From contig NEEC01000032.1 of NCBI GenBank assembly GCA_002189035.1, forward strand, positions 27,364-91,363: DNA of 64,000 bases. Reading direction: 5' to 3'. Numbering within the stretch: the stretch's first letter is position 1; every line of letters begins with the position of its first letter. Source of the DNA: Utricularia gibba. Lineage: Eukaryota > Plantae > Magnoliophyta. Shown here one piece after another: positions 1-11,800 of this stretch. A program made the position numbers and the translations under genes. Below the pieces are notes generated by a model. The model made no database searches. It was not told where the DNA came from and worked only from the letters and a program-made list of their open reading frames with translations.

Positions 1-1584
1 TCGAGTAGGACCCGAAGTGGCAAAGGAGTCAGACCGAACCTTGGGTCAGAACGAAGTTCACAACGACATCACCAGCCCAAAAACGACAAGCTTTTCCTTG
101 AGAAACCATGTAGGCAGCCAATTAAAACCCAACGTTAAGAAATGCATCAAGTTTTTTGCCGAGCCACAAATGACTATGGGCCCGAGCTCGACTCGAATAC
201 CGTTGCCCTACGAGAGCGCCTGCATGCGGTTGAGAAAACCATTTTGGGTGCTCATGACATCCTAACTTCAATAAGTGCAGCACGATTTTCGTCGAGTAGG
301 ACCCAGACCGAACCTTGGGTCAGAACGCACAACGACATTTTTCCTTGAGAAACCATGTAGGCAGCCAATTAAAACCCAACGTTAAGAAATGCATCAAGTT
401 TTTTGCCGAGCCACAAATGACTATGGGCCCGAGCTCGACTCGACCACCTGCTCGATACCGACGAGAGCGCCTACATGCGGTTGAGAAAACCATTTTGGGT
501 GCTCATGACATCCTAACTTCAATAAGAGAGTCGAGTAGGACCCGACAGACCGAACCTCAGAACGAAGTTCACAACGACGCCAAAAAACGACAAGCTTTTC
601 CTTGAGAAACCATGTAGGCAGCCAATTAAAACCCAACGTTAAGAAATGCATCAAGTTTTTTGCCGAGCATGACTATGGGCCCGAGCTCGACTCGACCGAT
701 ACCGTTGGAGAGCGCCTCCTCAATATAAAGCATGCGGTTGAGAAAACCATTTTGGGTGCTTATGACATCCTAACTTCAATAAGTGCAGCACGATTTTCAC
801 CCGATGTTTCAGTTCACAACGACATCAAAAAACGACAAGCTTTTCCTTGAGAAACCATGTAGGCAGCCGAAGAAATGCATCAAGGCAGCCTATGGGCCCG
901 AGCTCGACTCGATTAAAGCATGCGGTTGAGAAAACCATTTTGGGTGCTCATGACATCCTAACTTCAATAAGACGATTTTCGTCGAGTAGGACCTTTTCAC
1001 AACGAGCCCAAAAACGACAAGCTTTTCCTTGAGAAACCATGTAGGCAGCCAGTTAATGCATCAAGTTTTTTGCCGAGCCACAAATGACTATGGGCCAGCT
1101 CGACTCGACTCGATACCGTTGCCCTACGAGAGCAATATAAAGCATGCGGTTGATATGACATCCTAACTTCAATAAGTGCAGCACGATTTTCGTCGAGTAG
1201 GACCCGACATTGGGTCAGAACGAAGTTCACAACGACATCACTTTTCCTTGAGAAACCATGTAGGCAGCCAATTAAAACCCAACGTTAAGAAATGCATCAA
1301 GTTTTTTGCCGAGCAACAAATGACTATGGGCCCGAGCTCGACTCGACCTCCTTCTCGATACCGTTGCCCCACGAGAGCGCCTCCTCAGATATAAAGCATG
1401 CGGTTGAGAAAACCATTTTGGGTGCTTATGACATCCTAACTTCAATAAGTGCAGCACGATTTTCGTCGAGTAGGACCCGATGTGGCAAAGGAGTCAGACC
1501 GAACCTTGGGTCAGAACGAAGTTCACAACGACATCACCAGCCCAAAAACGACAAGCTTTTCCTTGAGAAACCATGTAGGCAGCC
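1..1584. repeat. Tandem satellite array 1, full monomer ~315 bp, about 6 copies visible, truncated by the left window edge
   Basis: The anchor CCTTGAGAAACCATGTAGGCAGCC recurs at 96, 343, 600, 845, 1027, 1246 and 1561 (spacings 247, 257, 245, 182, 219, 315). All copies are collinear with the longest (1246-1560) and differ mainly by deletions. The array stops abruptly at 1584. Confidence 0.95.
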
Positions 1585-2253
1585 AGAATATTCCAGGATC
1601 CAATGAATTAACAATAAAAACATAAAGAGACACCTACATAAGGTATTCCAAACATATCAATCTAGTACATGCAGTCCGCTGAAAGAGGACTGGAAAATCC
1701 TCAGACACTTGAAATCGGGTTTGCCTACCTGCCAATCAAGGTTTTGATCTCTGGCAACTCAACCGGAAGCAGATGCGCATCTGAAATGGAAACCATGACT
1801 GCATATCAAAATGATGTTTTTGGGGGCGTTGGCGGGGAAATCATGCAAAGGAGGTGACGAGGTTAACCCACAATGATAACAGAGGCCATTATTGTTCAAC
1901 TTAGAAGAAATTATATCTCAGAACTACAATTAAATAGGCATTCAGAAAAATTGAGATAAACCTAGTGATGGCGGTCTGGATGCAAAGTGAATTGAACCTA
2001 ATGTACACGATTCCAAGAATGAAAGGAGTAGCATACGCCCATCAGGATCCCACGTAGCTCCCTGTCATTAGATATATGAACCTTCAACTCAACATGCCAA
2101 AATAATCTTCATCAAACATGGTGAAATAATCAGGATTTTCACCTGTAGTGACTTTCATTAAACATGGTGTAGAAGACAGTGTCAATGAAAGATGGAAAAC
2201 TTATAAGCAGGACATCAACTTAGAAATTGACACGAGAGCGCCAATGGTGAGAA

Positions 2254-2400
2254 TAGTGTACGGTATCAACCTACATGCCTCTCACTATGTACCTCATGAA
2301 TTAGATGAAGACATAGGCTAGAGTCTAGTATACAAAATCGATAGCCCTTGAATAAATTCTCATTCAACAAGGTATAATCAGTAGGAAATCCACCGGTTAG
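2254..2400 (-). pseudogene. Integrase N-terminal zinc-binding region remnant; catalytic core absent
   Basis: ORF 2266..2493 ends YTLLNENLFKGYRFCILDSSLCLHLIHEVHSERHVG and continues *YRTL. This resembles gypsy ...LFKGNRLCIP.SSLRL.II.ELH.EGHVGRDRTL. Similarity stops at about 2254. Confidence 0.8.
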
Positions 2401-2501
2401 GCCTTCCATCACAAAGGAGAGTAAGGATCCATAGCATTGAGAGATGTTAGGATCTCGAAGCCAACAACAGTTATCTTCAATATGAACAAACAAGATTGTT
2501 T

Positions 2502-2846
2502 ACGACTTAGTGCATCAGTTGCTCGATTTTGACACTCATTCTTGTGCTTGATAGACCACGTAAACTGTTGTAGGTACGAAAATCACTTAACATGATGAGG
2601 TGAAACCTTATCCTATGACTTCAAATGCTTTAGTGAATCATGATCAGTCCATAAGATGAAATCTTGTTGTAACAAATAATGTCACCAATGTTTGATAGTT
2701 TGATCCAACGAAAACAACTCTAGATCATAGGTGGAGTAATTAGACTTTTCGATGCCCACCTTCTCACTAAAATATGCAATTCAACAGCCTGCCTGACTTG
2801 GGATAGTGCCAACTCCAGACATTGATGCATCACAGTGCAGCTCGAA
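2502..2846 (-). pseudogene. Ty3/gypsy RNase H remnant
   Basis: Translates as FELHCDASMSGVGTIPSQAGC*IAYFSEKV...NYSTYDLELFSLDQTIKHW*HYLLQQDFILWTDHDSLKHL...YLQQFTWSIKHK...NRATDALSR. It keeps the CDAS, NYSTYDLE, TDH and DALSR hallmarks, with several in-frame stops. Confidence 0.92.
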
Positions 2847-3703
2847 TGATTGAGAAAGTTTGGAAAGATGAGCACATGAGGTGTCATAAGAATATTCTTT
2901 AGTCATTGAAATGCATCTTCAACTACTATGGTTCAAATAAAGGAGCTTCCTTTTATGCAATCAGTCATCGACGCCATAAGAGAGCTAAAATGAGGAAAAA
3001 ACCATCAATGAAAAGATGCTAGATCATGAAAACATCAAATTTTCATAAGTGTTGAGGGTGATAGTCATGCCTAGAATGCACACACCTTTGTGAGAACCAT
3101 TTTCAATGCATAACCATAAATGATATATCCTAAGAATATCACCTTGGGAACAATGAAGATACACTTGTGAGGAGAACCAAAAAACTATCCTTATTTGAGA
3201 ACTCTATGAACCTCTTGAACATGGTGTTTGAAAGAATCACTATCAACTAAAGATTAGCATGTCATCGAAATAAACAATTTAGAAACAACCAATAAAAAGA
3301 AGAAATAGCTGATTCATTGCACGCATGAAAGTACTTGTATTTGTCCCCAGGCAGATTCTTATCCAATTATATCTACTCTTTAAACCTAGTGTGTATAATA
3401 ACCTTGATTCCATGAATTTGGTCCAAAAGATCATTTAACGTCAAAATAGAAAAAATGATATTTGATAGTGATCTTGTTGATAATTCGAATATCAACACAC
3501 ATCCTCCAAGTGTCATCTTTCTTGGATATCAAGATGGCAAAGATAACACATAGACTCAAACTTTCTCGAATGTAGCCCTTAACAAGACTTTAACTTGCTT
3601 TCGAAGTTCTTGATGTTCCCTAAGACTCATACGATAATGGGTTCTATTGGGTAAAGATAAACCTGAGACAAGATCAATATGGTGTTAAATATCATGCAAG
3701 AGG
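2847..3703 (-). pseudogene. Ty3/gypsy reverse transcriptase remnant
   Basis: Frameshifted fragments: [88 protein letters not shown] (YFDD at 3261-3272), KCIFIVPKVIFLGYII and FH.LASF...FFPHFSSLMASMTDCIK. Confidence 0.92.
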
Positions 3704-3879
3704 GATAAACATCAAGGAGTTTAGTCGAGAAGACCTTAAAAAAGGTATCTAATATCTCTTTTGTATCATCTGGATATTTTGTTTGTGGCGATTTCAACTA
3801 CTTAGTCATTAGTAACACAGCTATAGAGCCTCCAATCTCCTCAATAAGTTGCCTGCCAAGGAACAAGTTCACAGAAACA

Positions 3880-4265
3880 ATAATGTCATTTGAATTTGGT
3901 CGGTTTGGTAACAATACCACTTTGGTGCCCCGAAATGAGAATGAATAAGTATTTGCTTGCCCAGTAAGCATTATATTGCGATCATACTTCCAAGGTCGGC
4001 TCAAGAGTAAATGACATAGATCCATCTTGATCATATCACACCAAATTTCATCCTTAAAGACCTTTTCAATAGAGAATGTAACATGAGTCCACTTATCTAC
4101 CTTGAGAACTTCTCGCTTTTCTAACCAAGCAATATGGTACGACTTCGTATGAAACTCACACTCTAATGCCAATTTCGAAACAGCATCTTCCAATTTGAAA
4201 TCAATCACTACTCTACAAATCTTTCTCTTTATTGTACAAGTAATTTGAACCATATTATTTTTCAA
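3880..4265 (-). pseudogene. Retrotransposon aspartic protease remnant (within ORF 3798..4265)
   Basis: TCTIKRKICRVVID...EDAVSKL...WCDMIKMDLCHLLLSRPWKYDRN...NTYSF.FRGTKVVLLP matches the plant gypsy protease region. The expected D-S-G catalytic motif reads VIDFKLEDAV, so the motif is partly deleted. Confidence 0.85.
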
Positions 4266-4269
4266 CTAT

Positions 4270-5320
4270 AAGTTGTTACTATAAGCAATTGAAGCTAAAC
4301 AAAGTTGCCACTTCACCCACCACCACATCGCCACTCACAAATTCTTCCTCAATAGCTTCTTCAAATAAATTGGAAAAGCGAACATCCTCGTCATCATCCT
4401 CAAATCCCTCAACATTCTCAACCTTCATAGTTAGTTTTCCAAACTTCTTACACTCTACTTGTTTATGGTCAAACTGACATGTATAGCACTTTAAACTAGG
4501 AGTTCATTTACGATTGGATGGGTCACCGATGGATTTACCATAGAAAAGGAAAATGGTTCTTTGGTTGGTGAGGGAGTACTAACGGTAGGACTGCTTGAAT
4601 GTGAGTCCTCCTTTTTCCATCGTATTTTTACCACTAAAACACATTGGTAAGCTTTTCAATTAACAAGGGATCAAACAAATTCAGAACATCTTAAATAAGA
4701 GGGGAAAGGTTGGAAATGTATCACTCTAGAAGTTGATCGTCGGTCTCCTGAAGATCAACTCGAGCAATTAATTGATAGAAATCTCTGACATGCTCTTCCA
4801 TAGCGTCGGACATTGTCTTAAACTCTGGGATTGTTGAAATAAAATTCTTTGATATTTTAGAAAAGAAATTGCTTTTTGAGAGACTTCTTAATCTTCTCTC
4901 AACTTTGTAGTTTTCATTTGCCCATCTTGAAGCTGGTTCTTGAAATTTTGTAGCAACAAAGGCTATCATGTGATTGTTCGGTATGTTCTTAAAATTAAGG
5001 GCTTCTTCAACAGTGGCTAACCAATCAAAAAACTCCTCGTTCTATAATGTTCCAGAAAATTCAAGAATTTCAATTTTAAAACTATTCTTCCATTGACAAT
5101 CCACATCATTGTTGATACTGTGAGATTGAATACCCCACCAATGATCTCTCTTGGCTTCAAATTTACTAGATGAAAAGTGTTCTTATTCACTCAAAGATGG
5201 TACCCAATGAGGGACTACTAGAATACGAGCTTGTTGCAATACCAATTGTTTCATGTTCGTGATCATTTGATTGAGTTGTGCTTCTAAAGTATCACAATGC
5301 TGCTCCAATAAGTAAAAATC
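4270..5320 (-). pseudogene. Retrotransposon gag remnant with zinc knuckle
   Basis: Reads WKNSFKIEILEFSGTL*NEEFFDWLATVEEALNFK (FKIEILEFSG at 5051-5080), then ORF 4721..4969 (VATKFQEPASRW...DFYQLIARVDLQETDDQLL) and ...DVLNLFDP. A degenerate knuckle CYTCQFDHKQVEC lies at 4450-4488 (CX2CX3HX4C, one residue short of CX2CX4HX4C), followed by an acidic linker. Confidence 0.85.
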
Positions 5321-5392
5321 TCAATTTCTAGAATGCACATGATGAGAAAAACCTCTTCCACTATTTCCTGTCATTGCCAACAGCCTTGCCCT

Positions 5393-5405
5393 CCTTCTGG
5401 TACCA
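5393..5405 (-). promoter_or_regulatory. Degenerate primer-binding site, probably tRNA-iMet type
   Basis: The minus strand reads ...CATCA ATT TGGTACCAGAAGG, versus canonical LTR-CA + short spacer + TGGTATCAGAGC. It lies just upstream of gag, as expected. Confidence 0.6.
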
Positions 5406-5408
5406 AAT

Positions 5409-6143
5409 TGATGTAGAATGCACATTGAATGTTGATAAGGGTTTTGACCAAGGAGACTCTTTTTCATTCTACCTGAAGGCTCACATAAGCTTCTCTACAC
5501 ACTCACACCCCCTAAGGGTTGTCGTCAGAGTGCTTGGCTACAATCCAAACCTCATCTTGAAAGACTCAAAAGCTAAGTCTACACTATTGTATACTTCCAT
5601 AACTCTTTACCATTCCCTTCTAGTGCGATCAACCTTCAAAATGGAACATTCTGCATGAATTTAGCATGTCGTTCTCCTCCTCTCTTGGCATGCCCCTTCC
5701 TTCTCCTTTTATACTTCTTGGTGCCATTTTAGGTGGTTGTGCCATTTCATGAACAATCGCACCCCTAACCATAACTCCCATCCATTACACTCGCTCAAAC
5801 AATCCACCTTCCTATCACATGCATTACCCATGCCTTGCTCAACCCATGCCATGTGTCCTGTCATGCAACATGCAATACTCATCCAAGCGGCCAACAATTC
5901 CCACCAGCTCTCACCAGCTACTACCCGTGAGTGTCGACTTCCGTCAGTGCCAACAAACTTCTTACTAGCTCCCGCCAGCTTTAGCTAGTTTTTGCTAGCT
6001 CTGCACAACTCCTAATAAACCTCTCAACCTACACTAGTTGTCACCCCTCCTCAAGCAATACCTTCACCAACCTCCTAATTGACATTTGTCACCACACAAG
6101 GAGGTTTCGACCAACTTGGGCTACTTCACCTCATGTCATGACA
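5409..6143 (-). repeat. Probable 5' LTR of the element (no partner LTR in the window)
   Basis: Ends in CATCA next to the PBS and contains a minus-strand TATA-like GTATAAAAGG (5705-5714). The outer end is placed provisionally at TGTCA (6139-6143) and cannot be confirmed without a second LTR. Confidence 0.5.
5706..5713 (-). promoter_or_regulatory. TATA-like box in the putative LTR
   Basis: TATAAAAG on the minus strand, about 300 bp upstream of the LTR end and oriented toward gag. Confidence 0.35.
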
Positions 6144-6809
6144 TATATATGTTGAATATGCCAAAACGAAGGCGACAATGCTAGATATCTCAACATCGAA
6201 AAACTTTATGGTGTTTCATTAGAGATGCAAGGCACCCTAGGGTGGGGCCTATCACCTATGAGAGCACCTCACCCATGCCCCTCCCCCCTATGAATGAATA
6301 TTGAGCATGCCAAAATTGAGTGATGTCACTGGACATCAATCGGTTGAAAAAAGCTACATTTTGAGGTTGTCTTGGCTTTGGTCATTACACTACTAGGGGT
6401 TGGATAACTAGGAAGCTCCTGTAGATCGTGCATGTATGAACTTTTGTAATACATTAATCCAACCTCCTTTGTTAAAAATCTCATGATCGTATTTGGAATC
6501 TCAACGAGCCACACAATCATGGCACACATCCCGATGGAGAGCACCTTTCTCTTTATAAATGGTGAATATGTCAAAATTCAGGTGACAACTATAAATATCA
6601 AAATATTGAATTATATTGTTTTTTAAATATGACATAACATTCCAAGGGTGGCCCGAATGCATTTGTGAAAAGATGAATAGGCCAAAGTTCACGTGACATC
6701 AATATACATTGCGATGGTGAAAAATACTTGTTTTAGACAATACGAATGAGTCATTACATTGTGAGTGTGGTGGGGTGACTAGCATTGGATGGTGGTCAAC
6801 AATTGACAA

Positions 6810-7284
6810 TTAGTAATGAAAAAAAAAGATTAATATTTGTTTAAATAATAAAATTGTAACAGTCAATTGTAAACAAATAAAATTTTATTTTAGTAGTTTT
6901 AGAATTTTAATATTAGTAATAATATTTTAAATACAAAGTGGTAACTGATGTTATGGGTAACCAAGAACTACTCTTTAAGTATATTGTAAAGTATGTGTCT
7001 AATTATTTAGGACACATTGAAAAGTACAAACCTAATTGTCTAGAAACATCAAAGTAAAATCAATGAAATATAAAAATAAAAGAATTTAAAAAATGATAAA
7101 TAATTCTAGATTTAAAAAAAATTAAGAAATGATATTAATATAATAATAAATATTGTAACTAAATAAATAATTCATATAATTTAGTTTATAATATTTAAAT
7201 TCGAATTGATAGTTTTTAAACACAAGCATAGCTAATATATAAATATAATAATTGATTTTTAAAATCTAAAAAGTATATATTATT
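6810..7284. other. Very AT-rich low-complexity spacer abutting satellite array 2
   Basis: Long A/T runs with very few G or C bases, no long ORF and no tandem period. Confidence 0.85.
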
Positions 7285-8889
7285 GTGCATCCTAAAAATC
7301 ACACGTGCACGGGATTCATTAAAAATAAATATTTACGCATATCCAGAGTGTATAACAGTGTTGGGATAAGTGATGCCACGAAATTCATGATGTAGCATGT
7401 GACTTTTTTCCAACTTGATCGCATAGTAGATGAATTCTGACACCATATGTTTTGGCTTTTGATTGATGCATTTAGTTGCTATGATACTTCTGATTCTTGA
7501 TGCACCATTCCCGTATACCATGTCTCTAGTGGCTATTTGATTCTTTTGCCTTGTATGTTGTTCGCATCAATTTCGAGAACATGAAGCACATTATTAAATG
7601 CAGTCACCACGGAATGCCACGTGAGACACTTTTCGTTGTGGCTTGTTTTTAATATGTCCAGAGTTATCGGACAAACGTAACTCCAAATTATAATACTTGG
7701 AGCTCGAATAGGGCTTCCCAACAGTGTGCTATGAAGAGCAAGGATCTGCATGTTATGCGAGAGGTGCTTCGCGGACCAGGATGTGCGACATAGTCATTTC
7801 ATTGCGCATCATCATTCGGGGTGCATCCTAAAAATCACACGTGCACGGGATTCATTAAAAATAAATATTTACGCATATCCAGAGTGTATAACAGTGTTGG
7901 GATAAGTGATGACACGAAATTCATGATGTAGCATGTGACTTTTTTCCAACATGATCGCATAGTAGATGAATTCTGACACCATATGTTTGGCTTTTGATTG
8001 ATGCATTTAGTTGCTATGATACTTCTGATTCTTGATGCACCATTCCCGTATACCATGTCTCTAGTGGCTATTTGATTCTTTTGCCTTGTATGTTGTTCGC
8101 ATCAATTTCGAGAACATGAAGCACATTATTAAATGCAATCACCACGGAATGCCACGTGAGACACTTTTCGTTGTGGCTTGTTTTTAATATGTCCACAGTT
8201 TTCGGACAAACGTAACTCCAAATTATAATACTTGGAGCTCGAAAAGGGCTTCCCAACACTGTGCTATGAAGAGCAAGGATCTGCATGTTATGCAAGAGGT
8301 GCTTCGCGGACCAGGATGTGCGACGTAGTCATTTCATTGCGCATCATCATTCGGGGTGCATCCTAAAAATCACACGTGCACGGGATTCATTAAAAATAAA
8401 TATTTACGCATATCCAGAGTGTATAACAGTGTTGGGATAAGTGATGCCACGAAATTCATGATGTAGCATGTGACTTTTTTCCAACTTGATCGCATAGTAG
8501 ATGAATTCTGACACCATATGTTTTGGCTTTTGATTGATGCATTTAGTTGCTATGATACTTCTGATTCTTGATGCACCATTCCCGTATACCATGTCTCTAG
8601 TGGCTATTTGATTCTTTGCCTTGTATGTTGTTCGCATCAATTTCGAGAACATGAAGCACATTATTAAATGCAATCACCACGGAATGCCACGTGAGACACT
8701 TTTCGTTGTGGCTTGTTTTTAATATGTCCACAGTTATCGGACAAACGTAACTCCAAATTATAATACTTGGAGCTCGAAAAGGGCTTCCCAACACTGTGCT
8801 ATGAAGAGCAAGGATCTGCATGTTATGCAGAGGTGCTTCGCGGACCAGGATGTGCGACGTAGTCATTTCATTGCGCATCATCATTCGGG

Positions 8890-11800
8890 GTGCATCCTAA
8901 AAATCACACGTGCACCGGATTCATTAAAAATAAATATTTACACATATCCAGAGTGTATAACAGTGTTGGGATAAGTGATGCCACGAAATTCATGATGTAG
9001 CATGTGACTTTTTCCAACTTGATCGCATAGTAGATGAAGTCTGACACCATATGTTTTGGCTGTTGATTGATGCATTTAGTTGCTAGGATACTTCTGATTC
9101 TTGATGCACCATTCCCGTATACCATGTCTCTAGGGCTATTTGATTCTTTTCCTTGTATGTTGTTTCCATCAATTTCGAGAACAAGAAGCACATTATTAAA
9201 TGCAGTCACCACGGAATGCCACGTGAGACACTTTTCGTTGTGGCCCTTTTTTAATATGTCCACAGTTATCGGACAAACGTAACTCCAAATTATAATACTT
9301 GGAGCTCGAATAGGGCTTCCCAACAGTGTGCTATGAAGAGCAAGGATCTGCATGTTATGCGAGAGGTGCTTCGCGGACCAGGATGTGCGGCATAGTCGCT
9401 TCATTGCGCATCATCATTCGGGGTGCAGCCTAAAAATCACACGTGCACCGGATTCATTAAAAATAAATATTTACGCATATCCAGATTATATAACAGTGTT
9501 GGGATAAGTGATGCCACGAAATTCATTATGTAGCATGTGACTTTTTTCCAACTTGATCGCATAGTAGATGAAGTCTGACACCATATGTTTTGGCTTTTGA
9601 TTGATGCATTTAGTTGCTATGATACTTCTGATTCTTGATGCACCATTCCCGTATACCATGTCTCTAGGGGCTATTTGATTCTTTTGCCTTGTATGTTGTT
9701 CGCATCAATTTCGAGAACATGAAGCACATTATTAAAAGCAGTCACCACGGAATGCCACGTGAGACACTTTTCGTTGTGGCTTGTTTTTAATATGTCCAGA
9801 GTTATCGGACAAACGTAACTCCAAATTATAATACTTGGAGCTCGAATAGGGCTTCCCAACAGTGTGCTATGAAGAGCAAGGATCTGCATGTTATGCGAGA
9901 GGTGCTTCGCGGACCAGGATGTGCGGCATAGTCGCTTCATTGCGCATCATCATTCGGGGTGCAGCCTAAAAATCACACGTGCACCGGATTCATTAAAAAT
10001 AAATATTTACGCATATCCAGATTATATAACAGTGTTGGGATAAGTGATGCCACGAAATTCATTATGTAGCATGTGACTTTTTTCCAACTTGATCGCATAG
10101 TAGATGAAGTCTGACACCATATGTTTTGGCTTTTGATTGATGCATTTAGTTGCTATGATACTTCTGATTCTTGATGCACCATTCCCGTATACCATGTCTC
10201 TAGGGGCTATTTGATTCTTTTGCCTTGTATGTTGTTCGCATCAATTTCGAGAACATGAAGCACATTATTAAAGCAGTCACCACGGAATGCCACGTGAGAC
10301 ACTTTTCGTTGTGGCTTGTTTTTAATATGTCCACAGTTATCGGACAAACGTAACTCCAAATTATATACTTGGAGCTCGAATAGGGCTTCCCAACAGTGTG
10401 CTATGAAGAGCAAGGATCTGCATGTTATGCGAGCGGTGCTTCGCAGACCAGGATGTGCGACATAGTCATCTCATTGCGCATCATCATTCGGGGTGCAGCC
10501 TAAAAATAACACGTGCACCGGATTCATTAAAAATAAATATTTACGCATATCCAGATTATATAACAGTGTTGGGATAAGTGATGCCACGAAATTCATGATG
10601 TAGCATGTGACTTTTTTCCAACTTGATCGCATAGTAGATGAAGTCTGACACCATATGTTTTGGCTGTTGATTGATGCATTTAGTTGCTATGATACTTCTG
10701 ATTCTTGATGCACCATTCCCGTATACCATGTCTCTAGTGGCTATTTGAGTCTTTTGACTTCTATGTTGTTCGCATCAATTCGAGAACATGAAGCACATTA
10801 TTAAAAGCAGTCACCACGGAATGCCACGTGAGACACTTTTCGTTGTGGCTTGTTTTTAATATGTCCAGAGTTATCGGACAAGCGTAACTCCAAATTATAA
10901 TACTTGGAGCTCGAATAGGGCTTCCCAACAGTGTGCTATGAAGAGCAAGGATCTGCATGTTATGCGAGAGGTGTTTCGCGGATTAGGATGTGCGACGTAG
11001 TCATTTCATTGCGCATCATCATTCGGGGTGCAGCCTAAAAATCACACGTGCACGGGATTCATTAAATAAATATTTAAGCATATCCAGATTATATAACAGT
11101 GTTGGGATAAGTGATGCCACGAAATTCATGATGTAGCATGTGACTTTTTTCCAACTTGATCGCATAGTAGATGAAGTCTGACACCATATGTTTTGGCTGT
11201 TGATTGATGCATTTAGTTGCTATGATACTTCTGATTCTTGATGCACCATTCCCGTATACCATGTCTCTAGGGGCTATTTGATTCTTTTGCCTTGTATGTT
11301 GTTCGCATCAATTTCGAGAACATGAAGCACATTATTAAAAGCAGTCACCACGGAATGCCACGTGAGACACTTTTCGTTGTGGCTTTTTTAATATGTCCAG
11401 AGTTATCGGACAAACGTAACTCCAAATTATAATACTTGGAGCTCGAATAGGGCTTCCCAACAGTGTGCTATGAAGAGCAAGGATCTGCATGTTATGCGAG
11501 AGGTGCTTCGCGGATTAGGATGTGCGACATAGTCATCTCATTGCGCATCATCATTCGGGGTGCAGCCTAAAAATCACACGTGCACCGGATTCATTAAAAA
11601 TAAATATTACGCATATCCAGATTATATAACAGTGTTGGGATAAGTGATGCCACGAAATTCATGATGTAGCATGTGACTTTTTTCCAACTTGATCGCATAG
11701 TAGATGAAGTCTGACACCATATGTTTTGGCTGTTGATTGATGCATTTAGTTGCTATGATACTTCTGATTCTTGATGCACCATTCCCGTATACCATGTCTC

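Larger units (their letters stand above)
2254..6143 (-). mobile_element. Decayed, 3'-truncated Ty3/gypsy LTR retrotransposon, probably CRM (centromeric chromovirus) clade
   Basis: Manual minus-strand translation gives gag, zinc knuckle, protease, RT, RNase H and integrase in gypsy order (integrase last), preceded by a PBS-like site and an LTR end. There are many stops and frameshifts. The clade call rests on recalled CRM-type motifs (FKIEILEF..., WCD..MD.CHLLL.RPW.YD, FELHCDAS) and the TGAT/ATCA LTR terminus. The right boundary is provisional. Confidence 0.9.

Noticed and set aside
17-1606. Short ORFs in array 1
   Set aside because: Frames shift with every copy-specific deletion and no protein similarity is recognisable.
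5319-5425. 12-bp direct repeat TAGAATGCACAT flanking the PBS (5319 and 5414) as a target-site duplication
   Set aside because: It is the wrong length for an LTR-element TSD (4-6 bp), the second copy lies inside the LTR end, and a similar word also occurs at ~3072.
6279-6290. Minus-strand purine run as a polypurine tract
   Set aside because: It lies about 135 bp from the putative LTR start rather than adjacent to it, and no upstream pol remnant supports it.
6378-6386. CACTACTAG as a CACTA transposon terminus
   Set aside because: It is not followed by the usual A-rich TIR continuation, and no partner TIR, subterminal repeats or transposase were found.
5374-6692. ORFs of 62-94 aa in the LTR and flank (5374..5658, 5737..5988, 6326..6574 and others)
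   Set aside because: No recognisable domains; they overlap on opposite strands and lie in probable LTR or intergenic sequence.
129-7800. Shared 11-mers between array 1 and the reverse strand of array 2 (AAATGCATCAA, AAATGACTATG), suggesting common origin
   Set aside because: The two words are ~27 bp apart in array 1 but hundreds of bases apart in array 2, with no extended alignment. This is compatible with chance in AT-rich DNA.
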